In this document: piece by piece, positions 60,941 to 64,000 of the stretch | Layout of the letters: each line of letters begins with the position of its first letter | How positions within the stretch are numbered: position 1 is the first letter of the stretch | Assembly (NCBI RefSeq): GCF_963921235.1 | Contig: NC_086097.1 | Span: 130,636,001 to 130,700,000, forward strand | DNA length: 64,000 nt | Source: Mobula hypostoma | Taxonomy: Eukaryota | Reading direction: 5' to 3' | Program-made: the position numbers and the translations under genes | Notes under the pieces: generated by a model | Told to the model about the DNA's origin: nothing | Databases searched by the model: none | What the model saw: the letters and a program-made list of their open reading frames with translations, nothing else

Positions 60941-62741
60941 AAGCCTTTCCCATGAGTGAGAATAGCTGCAAGTCAGTGGTGGTTTGAAATCAGAGTTTTC
61001 CTTCTAGATGAGCTGCCAAGCATGGAAAAGGAGCCCCAGCTGCCTGAAGTGACTGGTTTTAAAGTACCAGTAACCCATCTTTGCCCCTTATCCTGTCAGT
61101 AGAAACAGGTCCGCTGGGTTTAGTAGCTAAGCTCCATATGAAGGCCATGAGCTGGACTTGGTTGTACGAGGCTATTTGAGATGCATGCCACCAGGAGCAT
61201 TTAATAGGTAGTGGAAGCTTATCCCCACTACCCTCCTGGCTATCACGGCCTTAAGGAGCCCAGGATGCTCACAAGGCTCAGCAGAATAACATAGGCAGCA
61301 GAAGCAACAACAGAATAAAACATGACAATAACAGCAAAACAAGCCGCTTTCCCACACTCCCACTCACCCACCTCCTCGCACACACAGACCGGCCTCCACG
61401 TCCAGCCCTGAACGTGGCTTTGCCCACTTCTTCTATCCATGCAGTAAATGAAAATAAAAATTACCACCTGCCAAATAAAATAGACAATTTGGGAAACACT
61501 CTGCAGGTCAGGCAGCATCTGTGGTAAGAGAAACAGGGCTGACGTTTCAAGTCAAAGAGCGGTTACAATGTAGCTTCTATTTTTTTACTGTTCCTTCTTT
61601 AGCTTTGGCACCTTTGATTGATGGACATGGTTCCTAACCCATTACATAGATTCTGTCACTCAAATATTTAGTAAAGGGCAGTGCTGCATCATCGTGTTTC
61701 TGATTAATATCTCAGATAATATTTCCCCACTTACCCAGTTCAATTATTGATTATACTATCCTTACCACTACCAAAGTTACAACATATTATGTGCATTAGT
61801 TATGTAAATCCCATTGCTTTTAAATAATACTGTGCCCTGGTATCTTCCTGGTGAGGTGGGGGGAGGAGTCTTGTAGACAGAAGGCGCTATTCCCCTTCCT
61901 TTCTTTTTCTCCACTTTCCTTCCTGTCAGAGCAATGACGGAATCCCCAGCCTGTTTCCTCCTGTTGAATCCCGTTGCCTTGGACACCCTGGCACCTTTCC
62001 CAAAACTCCAAAGGAGTTTTGTACACTAGCAATTCCCTGAAGCCTCAGAGCACAGGGCTGTTTGTGATTGTTTTAGCAAAGACTCCCAGATGTTGCTGCA
62101 GCTGCTGTTGCTTATACAAAGCGAACTGGCAAAATCCAGAGATAATGGCACCAGGTTCCTGGCTTACTTCTGAAGGCTACCAAAAAGTTAGCTGCTTCTG
62201 AGCAACTTTGTATTAATTGGTAACTCAGATCTTGAAAAATAATTTCAATTTATTGGGCAATAACATACAGAAGAGTTCATGTTGGCATTGATTCCTTTCC
62301 CTATTAAAGCAACACAAATAACACACTTCTCATGATATCCTATAAATAAAATAGTTAGCAGTCATTCATGCTGTTTTTAAACAGTTTATGTCTGAACAAT
62401 TACAGAACAAACTTTAATTTGGATGATTTGATGTGGTCAGTGTCACAAAATAGAAAAATGTGCTATCCATGATAGATGCTGCTTATTGCTTGTTTGTTGA
62501 TATATTTATGCCTTGGATATTTTTCTAAAACTGATGCTGATGTGACTGAACAGAAATATGACTTCACAATGAAATGAATATTCCTCACAGTCTGATCTTA
62601 ATCATAGCCCTAATATTAAAATACTGTTTCAATCCCAGCAGTGGCTAGCAACAAGTAGATAATTCTTCAATCCATGAACGAATTGGAAGTTCAAGGCTGT
62701 CAAGTAGTTCATATTCATGCAATATTTCCCCTTAGCTGTTG

Positions 62742-62795
62742 ATGGATGGATGGATGGGTGTATGTGTGTGAGAGACCCCGACCGTGTATGTGTAC

Positions 62796-62827
<32 letters not shown>

Positions 62828-63088
62828 CTATGTGTACATGTATGTGTGTGAGAGAGTGTGCATGAGTGTGTGTGTGTGTGTGTGTGAGAGAGTGAGTGTG
62901 TGTGTATGAGTGTGTGTGAGAAAGTGCGAGAGTGTGCATGTGTGTGAGAGAGAGTGAGAGTATGAGTGTGTGAGAGTGTGAGTGTGAGAGAGTGTGAGTG
63001 TGAGAGAGTGTGAGTGTGTGAGAGAGAGAGAGTGAGTGTGAGTGTGTGTGGTGAGAGAGAGTGTGAGTGTGTACGCGTGTGTGTGCGC

Positions 63089-63120
<32 letters not shown>
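62742..63120. repeat. Compound (GT)n/(GA)n microsatellite
   Basis: Read directly from the sequence; it accounts for the His/Thr-rich spurious ORF 62715-63218. Confidence 0.95.
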
Positions 63121-63121
<1 letters not shown>

Positions 63122-64000
63122 CTACTGAGAATACCAGCTTCAATATATGTCGTAAATGTAACTTGATAGTATCTTGTTCATTCTCTTGGTCTCCAATTTG
63201 AATTCTATTAGGCAGCACAGAGCCCAGTCAGCAGACAAGGAGGGGCACTGGATAAATATACAAGTGATGCTGATATAATCTGCCCTTGAGAAAGTGGATC
63301 CCAGGTGCCCTTATGAACCAGTTGGGGAGGGAATTCCAGATTTATTTGGTTCTGTCAGGGTGGGGCTTGCATGTTCTCTGTATGACTGGTTGGGTTTCCT
63401 CAGGATGCTGCTGTACGTCTCACATCCCAACGATGCCTTGCTGGGATAATGGGGTACTGCAAATAACTCAGTATATGGGTGGTGGGAAAGTAAGGGGAAT
63501 TGTTGGGAACAGGTCACAGGAAATATTTTAAAATTTTGATTTAGCGATTCTGTACAGAAAAGGCCCTTCTGGCCCTTTGAACCCAGCAAATCCTGACAGA
63601 CCCAGTTAACCCTAACCTAATCACGGGACCATTTACAATGACCAATTAACCTGCCCGGTACATCTTTGGACTGTGGGAGGAAACCAAAAGACCCGGAGAG
63701 AATCCACACATTCCACTGGGAGGACGTACAGAGTCTCCTTGTGGAACGGTGCCCGAATTAAACTCCAATCTCCGGAATGCAGAGAATGAGTGAGGACAGA
63801 CCCATGGGTGTCACTGAAAGATATCGCTGTGTAGATCCTCCAGGAGAAAGTTGCTTGTGTGGGATTGAGAGATAATAACTATTAATGGGAAGTTAAGACG
63901 TTGGAGCTCTGTATTCTGGTCAAGATAAATTTGTGTTGAAAGTCCTTCATGTTACGAAGTAGGTTGATTGTGTAAACACGGGGGAGGGGTCAAGACCAAC

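Larger units (their letters stand above)
56632..61240 (-). mobile_element. RTE-like 5'-UTR-derived element in two pieces (56632-56898 and 60941-61240), split by a CR1
   Basis: Minus-strand motif ggcagctggggctc..ggcagctcatctagaaggaaaactctgatttcaaacc resembles RTE-clade leaders (from recall); the pieces rejoin as tttactcc|aagcctttcccatgag. Confidence 0.55.

Noticed and set aside
61888..62030. Strong plus-strand polypyrimidine tract + AG followed by ATG (MTESPACFLL..)
   Set aside because: The frame closes after ~31 codons, with no clear donor or homology; insufficient support for an exon.
62715..63218. 167-aa His/Thr/Ser-rich ORF
   Set aside because: It is the translation of a compound GT/GA microsatellite.

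Overview
This is eukaryotic, repeat-dense vertebrate DNA, not prokaryotic. The repeat repertoire (CR1 LINEs with zinc-finger/SGNH-esterase ORF1, Penelope-like elements, V-SINEs, Deu-domain SINEs, Rex1/Babar, Tc1, Mag-type Gypsy) suggests a cartilaginous fish, probably a ray; this is an inference. Most of the window is decayed, often nested transposable elements, and none appears to have intact ORFs. The one probable host-gene signal is a CpG-rich promoter at ~17.85-18.4 kb with a minus-strand first exon ending in a 19-nt coding segment (MKSAEE + phase-1 GT donor); I could not identify the gene. The most unusual structures are: (1) a 426-bp LTR fold-back palindrome with TG..CA ends and a clean 5-bp target-site duplication (TSD) at 58286-58711; (2) Penelope-like elements with inverted terminal repeats and 10-13-bp TSDs whose repeats carry minimal, dimer-type hammerhead ribozyme motifs; (3) tRNA-headed SINEs sharing one head but with different tails, one Bov-A/RTE-like; (4) an RTE-like structured leader split by a 4-kb CR1. 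Family assignments come from motif recognition, not database searches, and the boundaries of old repeats are approximate.
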